Below, piece by piece: positions 20,883 through 31,021 of a DNA stretch of 58,371 nucleotides. The notes under the pieces were generated by a model. The model had not been told where the DNA came from, did no database searches, and saw only the letters and a program-made list of their open reading frames with translations. Positions within the stretch are counted from its first letter, which is position 1. Every line of letters starts with the position of its first letter. The position numbers were made by a program, and so were the translations under genes. Origin of the DNA: Elainellaceae cyanobacterium (GTDB lineage: Bacteria > Cyanobacteriota > Cyanobacteriia > CAZCXK01); assembly GCA_051117555.1 (NCBI GenBank), contig JBNPEG010000066.1, positions 1 through 58,371 of the forward strand, in the 5' to 3' direction.

Positions 20883-20909
20883 GGTAGACTGTGCTAGAAG
20901 AGTATATCT

Positions 20910-21107
20910 ATGCCTAAGCTAAAATCTCGCAAAGCGGCTGCTAAGCGGTTTCGACGCAGCGGTAGCGGAAAAATTATGCGTCGCAAAGCGTTCAAGAATC
21001 ACCTGCTTGAACACAAATCGTCAACTCGGAAGCGTCGTCTGTCTAGTGTCACGACGGTCAGCGATCGCGACGCCGAAAATGTAGAATTGATGCTTCCTTA
21101 TTTGTAG
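20910..21107 (+). CDS. rpmI: 50S ribosomal protein L35
   Basis: [14 protein letters not shown]; precedes rplT. Confidence 0.98.
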   Translation: MPKLKSRKAAAKRFRRSGSGKIMRRKAFKNHLLEHKSSTRKRRLSSVTTVSDRDAENVELMLPYL

Positions 21108-21127
21108 GAAATCGAAGGAATTAACCC

Positions 21128-21484
21128 ATGACACGTGTCAAGCGCGGGAATGTTGCTCGCAAACGTCGGAAAAAAGTCTTAAAACTCGCTAAAGGGTTTC
21201 GTGGCTCTCATTCCAAGCTGTTTCGGATTGCGAATCAGCAGGTGATGAAGGCTCTGCGCTACGCCTATGCCGATCGCCGCAAGCGCAAACGCGATTTTCG
21301 TCGTCTCTGGATTGCTCGCATTAATGCAGCATCTCGCCAAAATGGCATGAGCTATAGCCAGCTTATTGGCAATTTGAAGAAGGCTGATATCCAGCTCAAT
21401 CGGAAAATGCTGGCTCAGATGGCGGTTCTTGACCCAAATGGGTTTGCCAAAGTTGTCGAAACTGCAAATAAAGCGAAATCGTGA
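21128..21484 (+). CDS. rplT: 50S ribosomal protein L20
   Basis: [29 protein letters not shown]. Confidence 0.99.
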   Translation: MTRVKRGNVARKRRKKVLKLAKGFRGSHSKLFRIANQQVMKALRYAYADRRKRKRDFRRLWIARINAASRQNGMSYSQLIGNLKKADIQLNRKMLAQMAVLDPNGFAKVVETANKAKS

Positions 21485-21534
21485 TTCAGCGTCGGCCATC
21501 GCCATGTCTAGCCCATAGATTGGTCTAGCTATCG

Positions 21535-22323
21535 ATGAACTATCGAACTGTTGCGCTGAGCGTGATTGTTGGAATGGTCTTAGTAGGGGTGCACTCCGCG
21601 GCACCCCTACAGTCTTTGGCAGCCGAGCTTGAGGATATTCGAGAGCGCGGATACTTAATTGTGGGTGTTCAAGACGATGTGAGACCGCTGAGTTATCAGA
21701 ACGAGGTCGGGCAACTGGAAGGGCTAGAAATTGATGTCGCTCGACAGCTTGCTGAAGAGCTTTTGGGCGCCAATGGTCAGATCGTATTTCAACCCGTCAA
21801 CAATGAGGAACGGATATCTGTTCTCCTCTCTGGCGATGTCGATTTGGTCATTGCTCGGATAACTGCCACTGCTTCCCGGTCTCGCCTTGTTGACTTTAGT
21901 CCTCCGTATTATATGGATGGCACTGCTGTTGTCACGAAGCATGCTAGTGTGCAAACCGTTTCTGACCTCAGCAATGGAGCGATCGCAGTGTTGAATGGCT
22001 CGACTACGATTAACGACCTGCGGTTTCTCATCCCACACATCAATCTAATTGGGGTTAACTCCTATCAAGAAGCGCTAAACCTGCTAGAGTCGGATCAGGC
22101 AGTTGCATTTGCTGCAGATGCCAGCGTGTTGACGGGTTGGGTACACGAGTATCCGGCATATCGTCTATTGCCAACACTACTCTCGGCTGACCCGCTCAGT
22201 GTTGCAATGCCCAAAGGATTACAATATGGCGATTTGCGACAGCGAATCAATGAGGCAATTACTCAATGGCGTGATGAGGGATGGCTTCAAGAACGCATCG
22301 AATACTGGGGATTGCCAGAATGA
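21535..22323 (+). CDS. Polar amino-acid ABC transporter substrate-binding protein (SBP family 3)
   Basis: IRERGYLIVGV; GLEIDVAR; RSRLVDFSPPYY. Confidence 0.88.
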   Translation: MNYRTVALSVIVGMVLVGVHSAAPLQSLAAELEDIRERGYLIVGVQDDVRPLSYQNEVGQLEGLEIDVARQLAEELLGANGQIVFQPVNNEERISVLLSGDVDLVIARITATASRSRLVDFSPPYYMDGTAVVTKHASVQTVSDLSNGAIAVLNGSTTINDLRFLIPHINLIGVNSYQEALNLLESDQAVAFAADASVLTGWVHEYPAYRLLPTLLSADPLSVAMPKGLQYGDLRQRINEAITQWRDEGWLQERIEYWGLPE

Positions 22324-22376
22324 TCTCGATACCACAAACCCATAAGCGCTGCAGTCTATTCCCGTAGTCAAAGTTC

Positions 22377-22910
22377 ATGAACGATAGCACTCTTCCTGTT
22401 ATTTATCTTGGCGTTTTAGTTGTGTTGCTGTCCGGCACGGGTTGGCTTTTATTTCGTCAAGTTTTAAAGACCCGCCGCATTGAACGCACGTTTAGTCGAC
22501 TTCAAAATAAGCTCGGCAAAGAAAAAGGGACCGCTCAAGAATATTATGAATTGGGTGGCATCTATCTTGAAAAGCGTCTTTATTCTCAAGCAATTAATTT
22601 ATTTCAAAAAGCCCTGAAATCAAAAGATTTGCAAGGAGCCGAAAATATTGCAGTTATTTGCAATGCGTTAGGATTTGCGTATGCGGCTCAAGAGCAATAC
22701 GACCTTGCCATTCGCTATTACAAAGATTCCCTGGATCAAACACCAGACTATGTGACTGCTCTCAAAAATCTAGGATTTGCGTATGAGAAAAAGCAGTTAA
22801 CGGCACAGGCAATCGAGGTATATGACAAAGTGCTCGACTTTGATCCGAAGGATTCTGTTGCAAAGAAGCGCTCTGCATCTCTTCGCAAGCGCCTCTCCGA
22901 CAAATCTTAG
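22377..22910 (+). CDS. ycf37: TPR protein Ycf37 (photosystem I assembly-related)
   Basis: N-terminal TM helix followed by TPRs (YYELG; NALGFAY; YVTALKNLGFAYEKK). Confidence 0.78.
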   Translation: MNDSTLPVIYLGVLVVLLSGTGWLLFRQVLKTRRIERTFSRLQNKLGKEKGTAQEYYELGGIYLEKRLYSQAINLFQKALKSKDLQGAENIAVICNALGFAYAAQEQYDLAIRYYKDSLDQTPDYVTALKNLGFAYEKKQLTAQAIEVYDKVLDFDPKDSVAKKRSASLRKRLSDKS

Positions 22911-22913
22911 AAT

Positions 22914-23642
22914 CTAATCGGGCACATCAAAAAGTACGGTTGTCATATATCGTTCTGCCCATTCGTGCCCAAATGCTTTCTCTAACACGCGACGGGTTTT
23001 GTCGTTTTGTCGTTGCTGAGTGCAATAGCGCTGCTGACCTGCCAAAATTTCGTTGCGCCGTTCCGACGTCGGCGGGGTGGCGATCGCCTGTTGGCAATGA
23101 ATTGACAAAAACTGCTCAACCCGCGACAAAAACTGGTTTTCCTCATTGGCGTCTGTCGGGCGAATGAACAGACAAAATTCAGAAAAAATAGTGCCCCACG
23201 GTGGCAAGTCGCGAGGCTGGGAAAATTGGGCCTTTGGAAGCGCTTGAAGGGCTGATTGATAGGCCACTGGCAGATGATTGGTGCTGCTGACGGGCGATAA
23301 GTCGGCGATCGCCGCACTGATCTGCCCTCGACCTCCAACCAAGTCTGTGCCAAACATCGGAATGGCGTAGTCAGGGCGTGGAAACATCACACAATGCAGA
23401 ATGTCTAACGCATTGCCGACACGTGCGAGTTCTAGATGCATCTTGCGGAACTGAGGGCTTTGGTAGCATCGATTTTCGATCACGAGCCTCTCGCCTTCTA
23501 ACCGCCCCTCTACATATCCCAGATCGGCGGGTAGATCATATGGCGATAGGTCTAAATAGGTGTGCCAGACGGCTTCAATGCAGTTTGCTAAATTTGTGAT
23601 TAATCGATGTTGCTGATGTCGAATTGAAACGTGAGTTGGCAT
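22914..23642 (-). CDS. pcyA: Phycocyanobilin:ferredoxin oxidoreductase
   Basis: [43 protein letters not shown]. Confidence 0.96.
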   Translation of the reverse strand: MPTHVSIRHQQHRLITNLANCIEAVWHTYLDLSPYDLPADLGYVEGRLEGERLVIENRCYQSPQFRKMHLELARVGNALDILHCVMFPRPDYAIPMFGTDLVGGRGQISAAIADLSPVSSTNHLPVAYQSALQALPKAQFSQPRDLPPWGTIFSEFCLFIRPTDANEENQFLSRVEQFLSIHCQQAIATPPTSERRNEILAGQQRYCTQQRQNDKTRRVLEKAFGHEWAERYMTTVLFDVPD

Positions 23643-23800
23643 TATCGTACGTCAAATGAGAGAAATTAAAGTTATAAATTGTATAGATTCACTGGAGCTG
23701 AATAGGTTAAGAATACCTTAGGTTGGGTCCAACAGAAATTTTTGACAAGTACCTGTGACACTAAACTTTCTGATGTCAATTAACAGCCTTTAAGAAGCCT

Positions 23801-24613
23801 ATGTCAGGTCAAATATTGGGCGATCGCTACCAGGTCGAAAAGCAACTCGGACGACAATACGGTCGATGGACATTACTTGCCCATGACTTAGTAAATGGTG
23901 ATGCAGTCATCCTGAAGCTCATTTTTATTGACGATGAACTGCGCTCTGACGATCTTAAATTGTTTAACCGAGAAGTCGAAACGCTCCGGTCGATCAATCA
24001 TCCTGCAACTCCTCGATATTTGGGCTATTTCGAAATTGACTTACCCAAAGATGGCAAAGCACTCGCTCTTGTTCAAAGCTATATCGAAGGAATCTCTATC
24101 GACAAATATCTGAATAAAGGGCGCACGTTTACAGAGAAAGAAGCGAAGCGAATAGCCAAGTCTGTCCTAAAAATTCTGACGTATTTGCATAATCACGAAC
24201 CGCCGATTATCCATAGAGATATCAAGCCCAGTAACATTTTATTTTCCAATCAGTCTGGAAAACCGCGCACTCAAGTGTGTCTTGTTGACTTTGGCTCGGT
24301 CAAATCAATCAAGATGAGCAATCCGGCGTCTTATACTATTGTTGGCACCGATGGATACATGCCCCCCGAACAGATGGGCGGTCGGGCTGTTAAAGGCTCT
24401 GACTTATATAGCCTGGGCACCACCCTAGTGACCCTGGTAACTGGAATTGAGTCTGCTGATTTGCCCCGGCGACGTGGCATGATTTATTTTGAGACGCTTG
24501 ATGAGTTGAGTGAACCATTTGCAGATTGGCTATCTCAAATGACTCAACCCGATTTGCATCAACGATTTGATACTGCCGAAGAAGCGCTCAGCGCACTGCG
24601 GTTAATTATGTAA
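23801..24613 (+). CDS. Stand-alone Hanks-type Ser/Thr protein kinase
   Basis: VILK; HRDIKPSN; LVDFG; GYMPPEQ; SDLYSLG. Confidence 0.92.
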   Translation: MSGQILGDRYQVEKQLGRQYGRWTLLAHDLVNGDAVILKLIFIDDELRSDDLKLFNREVETLRSINHPATPRYLGYFEIDLPKDGKALALVQSYIEGISIDKYLNKGRTFTEKEAKRIAKSVLKILTYLHNHEPPIIHRDIKPSNILFSNQSGKPRTQVCLVDFGSVKSIKMSNPASYTIVGTDGYMPPEQMGGRAVKGSDLYSLGTTLVTLVTGIESADLPRRRGMIYFETLDELSEPFADWLSQMTQPDLHQRFDTAEEALSALRLIM

Positions 24614-24646
24614 CCTGCCTATGTAATGGGTGAGTAGGCGACGCGC

Positions 24647-25066
24647 TTATCGCGCAAACGATTGCCTGGATAAAAACACACCAAAGACAGCTCCAATAAT
24701 CGCAACCTGCTGAGAATCCAACAAAAAACCTGGAATGAACCAAGATTTAATAATCAAAACCAGGATCAAGCAAAGCAGCAGACCCCAGAGATTGGCGTCG
24801 GTAGTGATGGATTGCTTAAACACCCGGTCGAGCAGCCAGACCGCTAATGCTCCGAGGCAAAATGCGACTGCAAAGCCGACAACGATGCTCAACACCCCTG
24901 AATAGAGGAGTGCGATCGCCTCTCGAATCAAACCAACATTAGTTCCAAACCGAATTAATAGCCAGTCTAAAACGGTAACGATCAAAACCGTCAAAAAAGA
25001 GGCTTGGAAAAGGGATGCCCACGGCAAATACTTAAGGCCCCGCAGAGGACTGCTCATCACCTTCAT
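24647..25066 (-). CDS. Hypothetical membrane protein
   Basis: 139 aa, about 4 hydrophobic segments, downstream of dxr. Confidence 0.75.
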   Translation of the reverse strand: MKVMSSPLRGLKYLPWASLFQASFLTVLIVTVLDWLLIRFGTNVGLIREAIALLYSGVLSIVVGFAVAFCLGALAVWLLDRVFKQSITTDANLWGLLLCLILVLIIKSWFIPGFLLDSQQVAIIGAVFGVFLSRQSFAR

Positions 25067-25137
25067 TGGGTTGTAAGGTCGAAGATATTGTAGCTTAGGC
25101 GGTTTGACGCAGTCGAGAATCTAAATATAGGCACCAC

Positions 25138-26334
25138 CTAAACCCTGATGGTGCGATCGCCTGCATTAACCGTTTGCGCTGATCGTAGGACGTATTGGCG
25201 TGCCCATCGATCAGCCTGCAAAATTTCATCTAAGGTAGGTTGAGCCTGATTGCTGTCACGGTGGCGATCGCACACCGCTTCAATAATCTTGGGGATATCT
25301 AAAAACTGAATTTTTTCGTCTAAGAATAGTTGAACCGCTTGCTCATTGGCTGCATTTAAAACGGCAGGCATCGAACCGCCTGCTCGCCCTGCTGCATAGG
25401 CAAGCTGCATACACGGATATTTTTTGTGATCGGGCTCTCGAAATGTCAGATCACCCGCTTTGACCAAATTAAGAGGCTCCCAATCGGTTGAAACGCGCTC
25501 AGGATACGACAACGCATATAACAACGGTAGACGCATGTCAGGCCAACCCAACTGCGCAAGGACAGACGTATCTTGTAGCTCGATGAGCGAATGGATAATG
25601 CTCTGAGGATGAATCACAATATCGATTTGGTCATACTCCGTCCTAAATAGAAAATGGGCTTCAATGACCTCTAATCCTTTATTCATCAAGGTGGCAGAAT
25701 CGATCGTGATTTTTTGCCCCATCGACCAGTTTGGATGTTTCAGGGCATCGGCAACGCTAACCTCAGCCAGTTTTTCGACCGGCCAATCGCGAAACGCACC
25801 GCCGGATGCGGTCAAAATGATGCGGCGCACCCCCCCCTCGGGCACTCCCTGAAGGCACTGAAAAATAGCAGAATGTTCTGAATCAGCCGGAAGCAGTTTG
25901 ACGTTGTGCTGCTCGACCAACGGTAAAACCACAGGCGCTCCAGCGATCAGGGTTTCTTTATTCGCAAGCGCAATATCCTTCCCGGCTTCGATGGCTGCGA
26001 TTGTAGGAAGCAATCCTGCACAGCCCACAATTCCTGTAACGACTGCCTCCGCATTCCCATATCGAGCCACCTCGGTGACGCCAGCCTCGCCTGCTAACAA
26101 AATGGGTTGAGGATCAAGGTGGGCGATCGCCTCCTTTAACGTTGGAAGTTGAGTCTCATCACAAATTGCTGCAATCTCAGGATTAAACTGACAAATCTGT
26201 TGAGCAAGTAAAGATGCATTGCGACGGGTTGCGAGTCCTACAATTCGAAACTGCTCTGGATATTGCGTCACAATATCCAAGGTTTGAGTTCCGATAGACC
26301 CTGTAGAGCCAAGAATAGTAATTGCTTTAACCAA
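25138..26334 (-). CDS. dxr: 1-deoxy-D-xylulose-5-phosphate reductoisomerase
   Basis: [32 protein letters not shown]. Confidence 0.98.
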   Translation of the reverse strand: MVKAITILGSTGSIGTQTLDIVTQYPEQFRIVGLATRRNASLLAQQICQFNPEIAAICDETQLPTLKEAIAHLDPQPILLAGEAGVTEVARYGNAEAVVTGIVGCAGLLPTIAAIEAGKDIALANKETLIAGAPVVLPLVEQHNVKLLPADSEHSAIFQCLQGVPEGGVRRIILTASGGAFRDWPVEKLAEVSVADALKHPNWSMGQKITIDSATLMNKGLEVIEAHFLFRTEYDQIDIVIHPQSIIHSLIELQDTSVLAQLGWPDMRLPLLYALSYPERVSTDWEPLNLVKAGDLTFREPDHKKYPCMQLAYAAGRAGGSMPAVLNAANEQAVQLFLDEKIQFLDIPKIIEAVCDRHRDSNQAQPTLDEILQADRWARQYVLRSAQTVNAGDRTIRV

Positions 26335-26495
26335 GTTTCGCCTTCCCAGTTTAGAATCGGCGGCAACTCCACTATAAGATGTCAGAGATCGCTTTTCATA
26401 GTACAGATTTTGCTTTCAAGTCTTAAACTAAAATCTGGAATCCCTCAACGGTAGGGGCGATCGCCGTTCAATCCATATTTCCGTAACTAACGCGA

Positions 26496-27167
26496 CTAGG
26501 TCAGAAGCAAGGCAAAAAGCCCGCATAGCGCCACACCATCAAACACACCTGCCCCACCAATACTCAAAACACCCGGAGTCATTTCCTGAATTTCTTTAAG
26601 ATGCAGAATATCTGCCCCGATTAGCGTTCCCAAGACTCCCCCTGCAAAGGCAACTGGCGCTGCCTGCGCTGCATTTGCGATAATTAATGCCGATAATGCC
26701 GCAGTAATGGGTGCCAGTAACGGATTCATCTGAATACCAATACCAGGAACCACGCTAGCTCCCCAATAGCTGATAACGGTGACGATAGCAGTCACTATCA
26801 AAATAGCAAATACAGATACTCGTCCAAATTGATAAAGAGCTAATACCGACGGAATCAGCCCGCCTCCGACGTTAAGCGCCACTACGGTCGATTGTTTGAT
26901 ACACTGGGTTGGGATTCCCCAAAACTGATTAAGCCAAAATGACGTCAGTTCATCGAAGGCTTCAACTCGAGATTCCACGCGATACAGCGGAATATTGATT
27001 GCGCCTCCCAAAATGATGGCTGCAAAGAGCAAGAGAGCCGCTTCGGGAGAAAATCCTAACTTTGCAGCAGCATCCTGCACGATATCGACCGTTAAAAAGA
27101 TCCACAAAAACGGCAATACCAGCACAAGCAATAGAAACAAGACCAATGAAACTGGTAAATAAATCAT
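26496..27167 (-). CDS. DUF1614 family membrane protein
   Basis: INIPL; ALNVGGGLIP; GTLIGAD; SIGGAGVFDG. Confidence 0.88.
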   Translation of the reverse strand: MIYLPVSLVLFLLLVLVLPFLWIFLTVDIVQDAAAKLGFSPEAALLLFAAIILGGAINIPLYRVESRVEAFDELTSFWLNQFWGIPTQCIKQSTVVALNVGGGLIPSVLALYQFGRVSVFAILIVTAIVTVISYWGASVVPGIGIQMNPLLAPITAALSALIIANAAQAAPVAFAGGVLGTLIGADILHLKEIQEMTPGVLSIGGAGVFDGVALCGLFALLLT

Positions 27168-27506
27168 TTTTTCTTATTTCAATCAACGGGCTTTAATGAC
27201 TCCCCTAAGTCACTGATAAACGAGCATAAGTGGTTTGAAACTTCGCGTAGACAGCCGCATTCGGCCTCCTTCGATTCTCATATCCTGTCCCATATCCTGC
27301 CGGAGGGTTGGGGTTGTATAGCAGAAGCGCGACGTCGCTATGCACAACTACCCAGCGCCAAAGTTTTGTCAGTCAACCAGCGACTATTCTTACTCTATCG
27401 AGAAAAGAGTTTTTAGAACCGCCATTGAAAACACGGTTTTCCTCGCTTGAGCAATAAGAAAAACAGGTCAGACCCTGTCCGAACTGTCATAAGAAACTAG
27501 TGATTC

Positions 27507-27601
27507 TATAGCGGTATGCACGTGGGTTAAGTACGGTGGTGTGGGGCGCGGCGCGCCCTACGCCACTGTTTCTGTACTTGACGCACGTGCAAATTGCTAT
27601 A
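27507..27601. mobile_element. MITE-like hairpin element, family B, copy 1
   Basis: 28-bp imperfect terminal inverted repeats, TATAGCGGTATGCACGTGGGTTAAGTAC and GTACTTGACGCACGTGCAAATTGCTATA, around a central GC hairpin. Confidence 0.75.
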
Positions 27602-27636
27602 TGGCGTAAACAGCTATGTCATCAATGGCAAAGTTG

Positions 27637-27728
27637 TATAGCTCTACGGGCTCAGGTTTGTGTGGTAAGCCCCCGCGCCGCGGGGCTCACACATGTTCAA
27701 TGTCCTAACGCGAGAGCGTACGGCTATA
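27637..27728 (-). mobile_element. MITE-like hairpin element, family A, copy 2
   Basis: Reverse complement matches 14556-14644; TATA at both ends. Confidence 0.8.
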
Positions 27729-27770
27729 AACGACGAACTAGAGAGAGTCGAAGACGAATATGGCTTGACT

Positions 27771-29498
27771 TTATACAAAATCAGATGCCGAAATCGTGGT
27801 GGCTTCCATACCCACAAGTAACGCAATGTCCTTATTTTCGAAGCTAACCAGAGCCCCATTTCCTGCTTGGGTAATGGTCAGGCTGCTGAATTCCACACTT
27901 CCAAGAATTTTCAGCTTATCGTCTCCGCTTTCAAAGTCTCGGATGGTATCCAACCCCTGATTAACAGCAAGCACAAAGGTATCCTCGCCACCGCCTCCAA
28001 TCAGCAGGTCTTCTCCTCGTCGACCATTCAGCAAGTCATTGCCGCTACCGCCAATCAGGAGATCTTCACCCCCACCGCCAAACAGAATATCATTACCGTC
28101 GCCACCGATGAGAGTATCGCTGCCGCCGCCGCCGCGTGCTTTGTCATCACCACGTCCACCGCGAGCCGTGTCATTTCCAGCACCACAGACATGTAGGTCA
28201 TCGCCGCTACCACCGCGGAGCGTGTCGCTGCTGTTTCCTCCATAGAGTTTGTCGTCATCTGCACCACCTCGGAGAATGTCGGCACCTAAGCCGCCGCGGA
28301 GCGTATCATTACCCGATCCGCCTTTCAACGTATCGCTAAGACCGTTACCGATGAGGATGTCATCGCCGTCCCAACCGATGATGAGATCTGATCCCATTCC
28401 GCCCCGGCAGGTGTCGTCGCCGTTTCCACCCCGTAGTCGATCGCTGAGCGCATTGCCGATGATAATATCGTCACCGTCTCCTCCAAAGAGGATATCATTT
28501 CCGCTGAAACCCCGAATTCGGTCGTTTCGCTCGGTTCCGATGAATATATCGTTATCGCTTGTGCCGAGAATTACATCGCCATCGATGATAATAATTGGGC
28601 TATCGTCATCTCCTCCACCCCCTGAGCCATTGCCACTGCCACCATCATCAGGTGGAGTAGGTGTTGGAGGGGGAGTTGGAGTTGGAGTAGGAGAAGAAGT
28701 CGTATCGTTATCGGTAATTGTCAGAAGTGTTGTGCTTTGTGCACCGATGAAAGAGTTATCAATAGGAGACAACCCCAAGCTGATAGTTTCAGCAGTTTCA
28801 ACGAGATCATCATCAATGAGATCAACGGTGACCAGCTTCTCGGTTTCCCCGGCTGCAAACGTCACGACTGTAGTGCCGAGAGTAAAGTCTGCCGCTGAGG
28901 CCGTTCCACCGACAACACTGACTCCTGCACTGACAACGCCGTCTGAACTGCCTGTACGGGTAACTGTTACTTGAACGGTGGATGCATCTTCTGCTGCTGT
29001 CAGGCTGGGTGCACTAAAAGCCAGAGTGCCGGTAGCAACAGGGATGAACTCAACGAAATCAACTCGCGCAAATTCGGTACCGTTTAAGAATCCGTTCAGA
29101 GAAATTAGGGAATCGCTGGCAATTCTGACATTCTCAATATCGAGTTGGGCATCTGCAGGAACACCCGCCTCAGTCGGATCAAATGTCCGAGTTTTATTAG
29201 CAGGGTCAACGCCGCTGCTGCCGAGATTTCGATTGAAGTTAACGGTTCCAGCCAGTATTGCATCGACGGAAATTTCAACGGATGATTGACCATCACTCTC
29301 GTCAAAATAACCGAGACGAATATCATAAAAACCGGCCGAATTATTGAACGTAAATGAAGCAGTTCCTTCGGATGGACTTGATGCCGCACCTCCATTAAAG
29401 AGGGAAATTAACGCACCATTATCCGCATCCGCATCATTCTCTACTACGTAACCCACCAATGTAGAGATGTCTTCTGCTTGAACTACAATATTTGGCAT
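27771..29498 (-). CDS. RTX (hemolysin-type Ca-binding) secreted protein with a CBM-like N-domain and a Calx-beta domain
   Basis: Many GGxGxD repeats; Calx-beta ([10 protein letters not shown]...DDDLVE...TITDND); PT-rich linker; no Sec signal. GGAG RBS precedes ATG 29498. Confidence 0.88.
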   Translation of the reverse strand: MPNIVVQAEDISTLVGYVVENDADADNGALISLFNGGAASSPSEGTASFTFNNSAGFYDIRLGYFDESDGQSSVEISVDAILAGTVNFNRNLGSSGVDPANKTRTFDPTEAGVPADAQLDIENVRIASDSLISLNGFLNGTEFARVDFVEFIPVATGTLAFSAPSLTAAEDASTVQVTVTRTGSSDGVVSAGVSVVGGTASAADFTLGTTVVTFAAGETEKLVTVDLIDDDLVETAETISLGLSPIDNSFIGAQSTTLLTITDNDTTSSPTPTPTPPPTPTPPDDGGSGNGSGGGGDDDSPIIIIDGDVILGTSDNDIFIGTERNDRIRGFSGNDILFGGDGDDIIIGNALSDRLRGGNGDDTCRGGMGSDLIIGWDGDDILIGNGLSDTLKGGSGNDTLRGGLGADILRGGADDDKLYGGNSSDTLRGGSGDDLHVCGAGNDTARGGRGDDKARGGGGSDTLIGGDGNDILFGGGGEDLLIGGSGNDLLNGRRGEDLLIGGGGEDTFVLAVNQGLDTIRDFESGDDKLKILGSVEFSSLTITQAGNGALVSFENKDIALLVGMEATTISASDFV

Positions 29499-30298
29499 AA
29501 TTCGGACTCTCCGACTATTTGGATAGATGGCAAAAATAGCCTCAAATTTAGCTAATTTGAGCCACATTTTGACAGCAGCTAAGATATTAAAATGTAAGCC
29601 TTTAAGGCTGGCGACTGAGTTCTTCGTCGCTTAATGCATGGCATTTGTGTAGTGAATGCACCCCAAAACTAGATATTATGTTTGCCTGTAAATCTAGAGA
29701 AGCACGGTGCATCTATCTATGTGCAACTTATGCTTTGTTATCCATTTCAGGAGGTCTAGATTTGTACTCCAAAAGTCTATCAATATCTAATTAGTAGTAC
29801 GAGATTTCAGCACATTCTTTATCTGTTCTTTTATATATATGCTGCTTTATAAGGAATCTATAAAATCATCAAAAACGCAAAAAATTTTAATACTAAATTA
29901 AGGCAATTTTCTGCTTAAAACAAATAATAAGCTTAAAAAAATCGCTCTAGAAAAGGGCGATCGCCATAAAATATAGGCTGCTGAATTGATTTGATGAATA
30001 AAATAAATCGAAAGACTAGATTCAATTTTTTGTCACTGGTTTGACCGGAACCTATTAAATTTCAAACACTTAAGGCATGGTCTATATGAAACGATTACGT
30101 GCGATCGCATCTAACAAAATAGCAATGGTTTGCAAATTATTAATTAGTCATTAATTAGTATTAACCCCAAACTATTTCGTCATAGTCAATGATCGTAAAT
30201 TTTCTCGAAATCACGTTTTCTGCTCATGCAATGACTAGGTTTTACGTATGTTTTTATTGCAGAAAATCCCTTCGCGAAGATATGAGAAAAAGTATGAC

Positions 30299-30391
30299 TA
30301 TAGCAATCCTAAATCATTCATGAAAGGGGAGTGCAGGCATCTTGCCCGCGTTGGCAACGCCTCTCCATCAGGAGACGCGAGACGCTCGCAC
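30299..30391. mobile_element. Truncated TATAGC-ended element containing a REP-like doublet
   Basis: Starts TATAGCAATCCTAAATCATTCATGAA; contains AGTGCAGGCATCTTGCCCGC...GCGAGACGCTCGCACT; no matching right end seen. Confidence 0.5.
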
Positions 30392-30485
30392 TGTAGAGGC
30401 GTGCGCTTGAGTTACGCCTGGTGGTATAGGACGCGCCGGTCCCGCATTATCACTTATGTGCGTGATGTAATTGCAAATTGCTATA
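30392..30485. mobile_element. MITE-like hairpin element, family B, degenerate copy 2
   Basis: Aligns end to end with 27507-27601 (TGTAGAGGCGTGC...GGTGGT...GCGCCG...TGCAAATTGCTATA). Confidence 0.6.
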
Positions 30486-31021
30486 TGTAGTGATATCAGG
30501 GGCATTATTCATGGCAGAACACAGTATTCGGCAAGATAGCAACCCTGTTTTTTCTTAGCAGTAATGGGAAAATTTGCGTTTTTGCAGAGCGATACCCATC
30601 GGTGCATGTCCTACATTAAATGCCATGAATTCACAGCACCCATTTCAAAACTGTATCTTTACTCACTCTTTTGCATGTTCCGAAGAATATGAAGTTGTTG
30701 TGAAAGCACCTTGGGAAAAAGATAACAATGATTTTGCCGCGTGTAGTCCGTTAAACGTGAGTAGCAAACTCGTTGAGGGAATACTGAACCTTAGCGGCCT
30801 TATATATCAGTGTGCAACTCCATTAATTATAAAAACGGTAAATTAGTGCACCTGCGCATCATGCACCAAATTTAATCGATGCGTAAAACTCCATAGATTC
30901 AAAGAACATTACCGACTTGACGAGCATTTCAAAGTCCAAGGAAAGGGGGCTTGCAAAATATAGTGGTTTTCTACGGCTTTCACGCAGTGCTCATGTTACA
31001 ACTTCGGATAGTACTAGGGTG

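Noticed and set aside
28249..28974. 241-aa Pro/Ser-rich ORF on the + strand
   Set aside because: Antisense shadow of the Gly/Asp-rich RTX repeats.
30248..30846. Small ORFs 30248-30490 and 30574-30846
   Set aside because: The first runs through the repeat composite; the second has a TTG start and no motif.
29499..31021. c-di-GMP riboswitch upstream of the RTX or GGDEF gene
   Set aside because: Only small hairpins near 29597-29631; I could not find the GEMM consensus. An Rfam scan would settle it.
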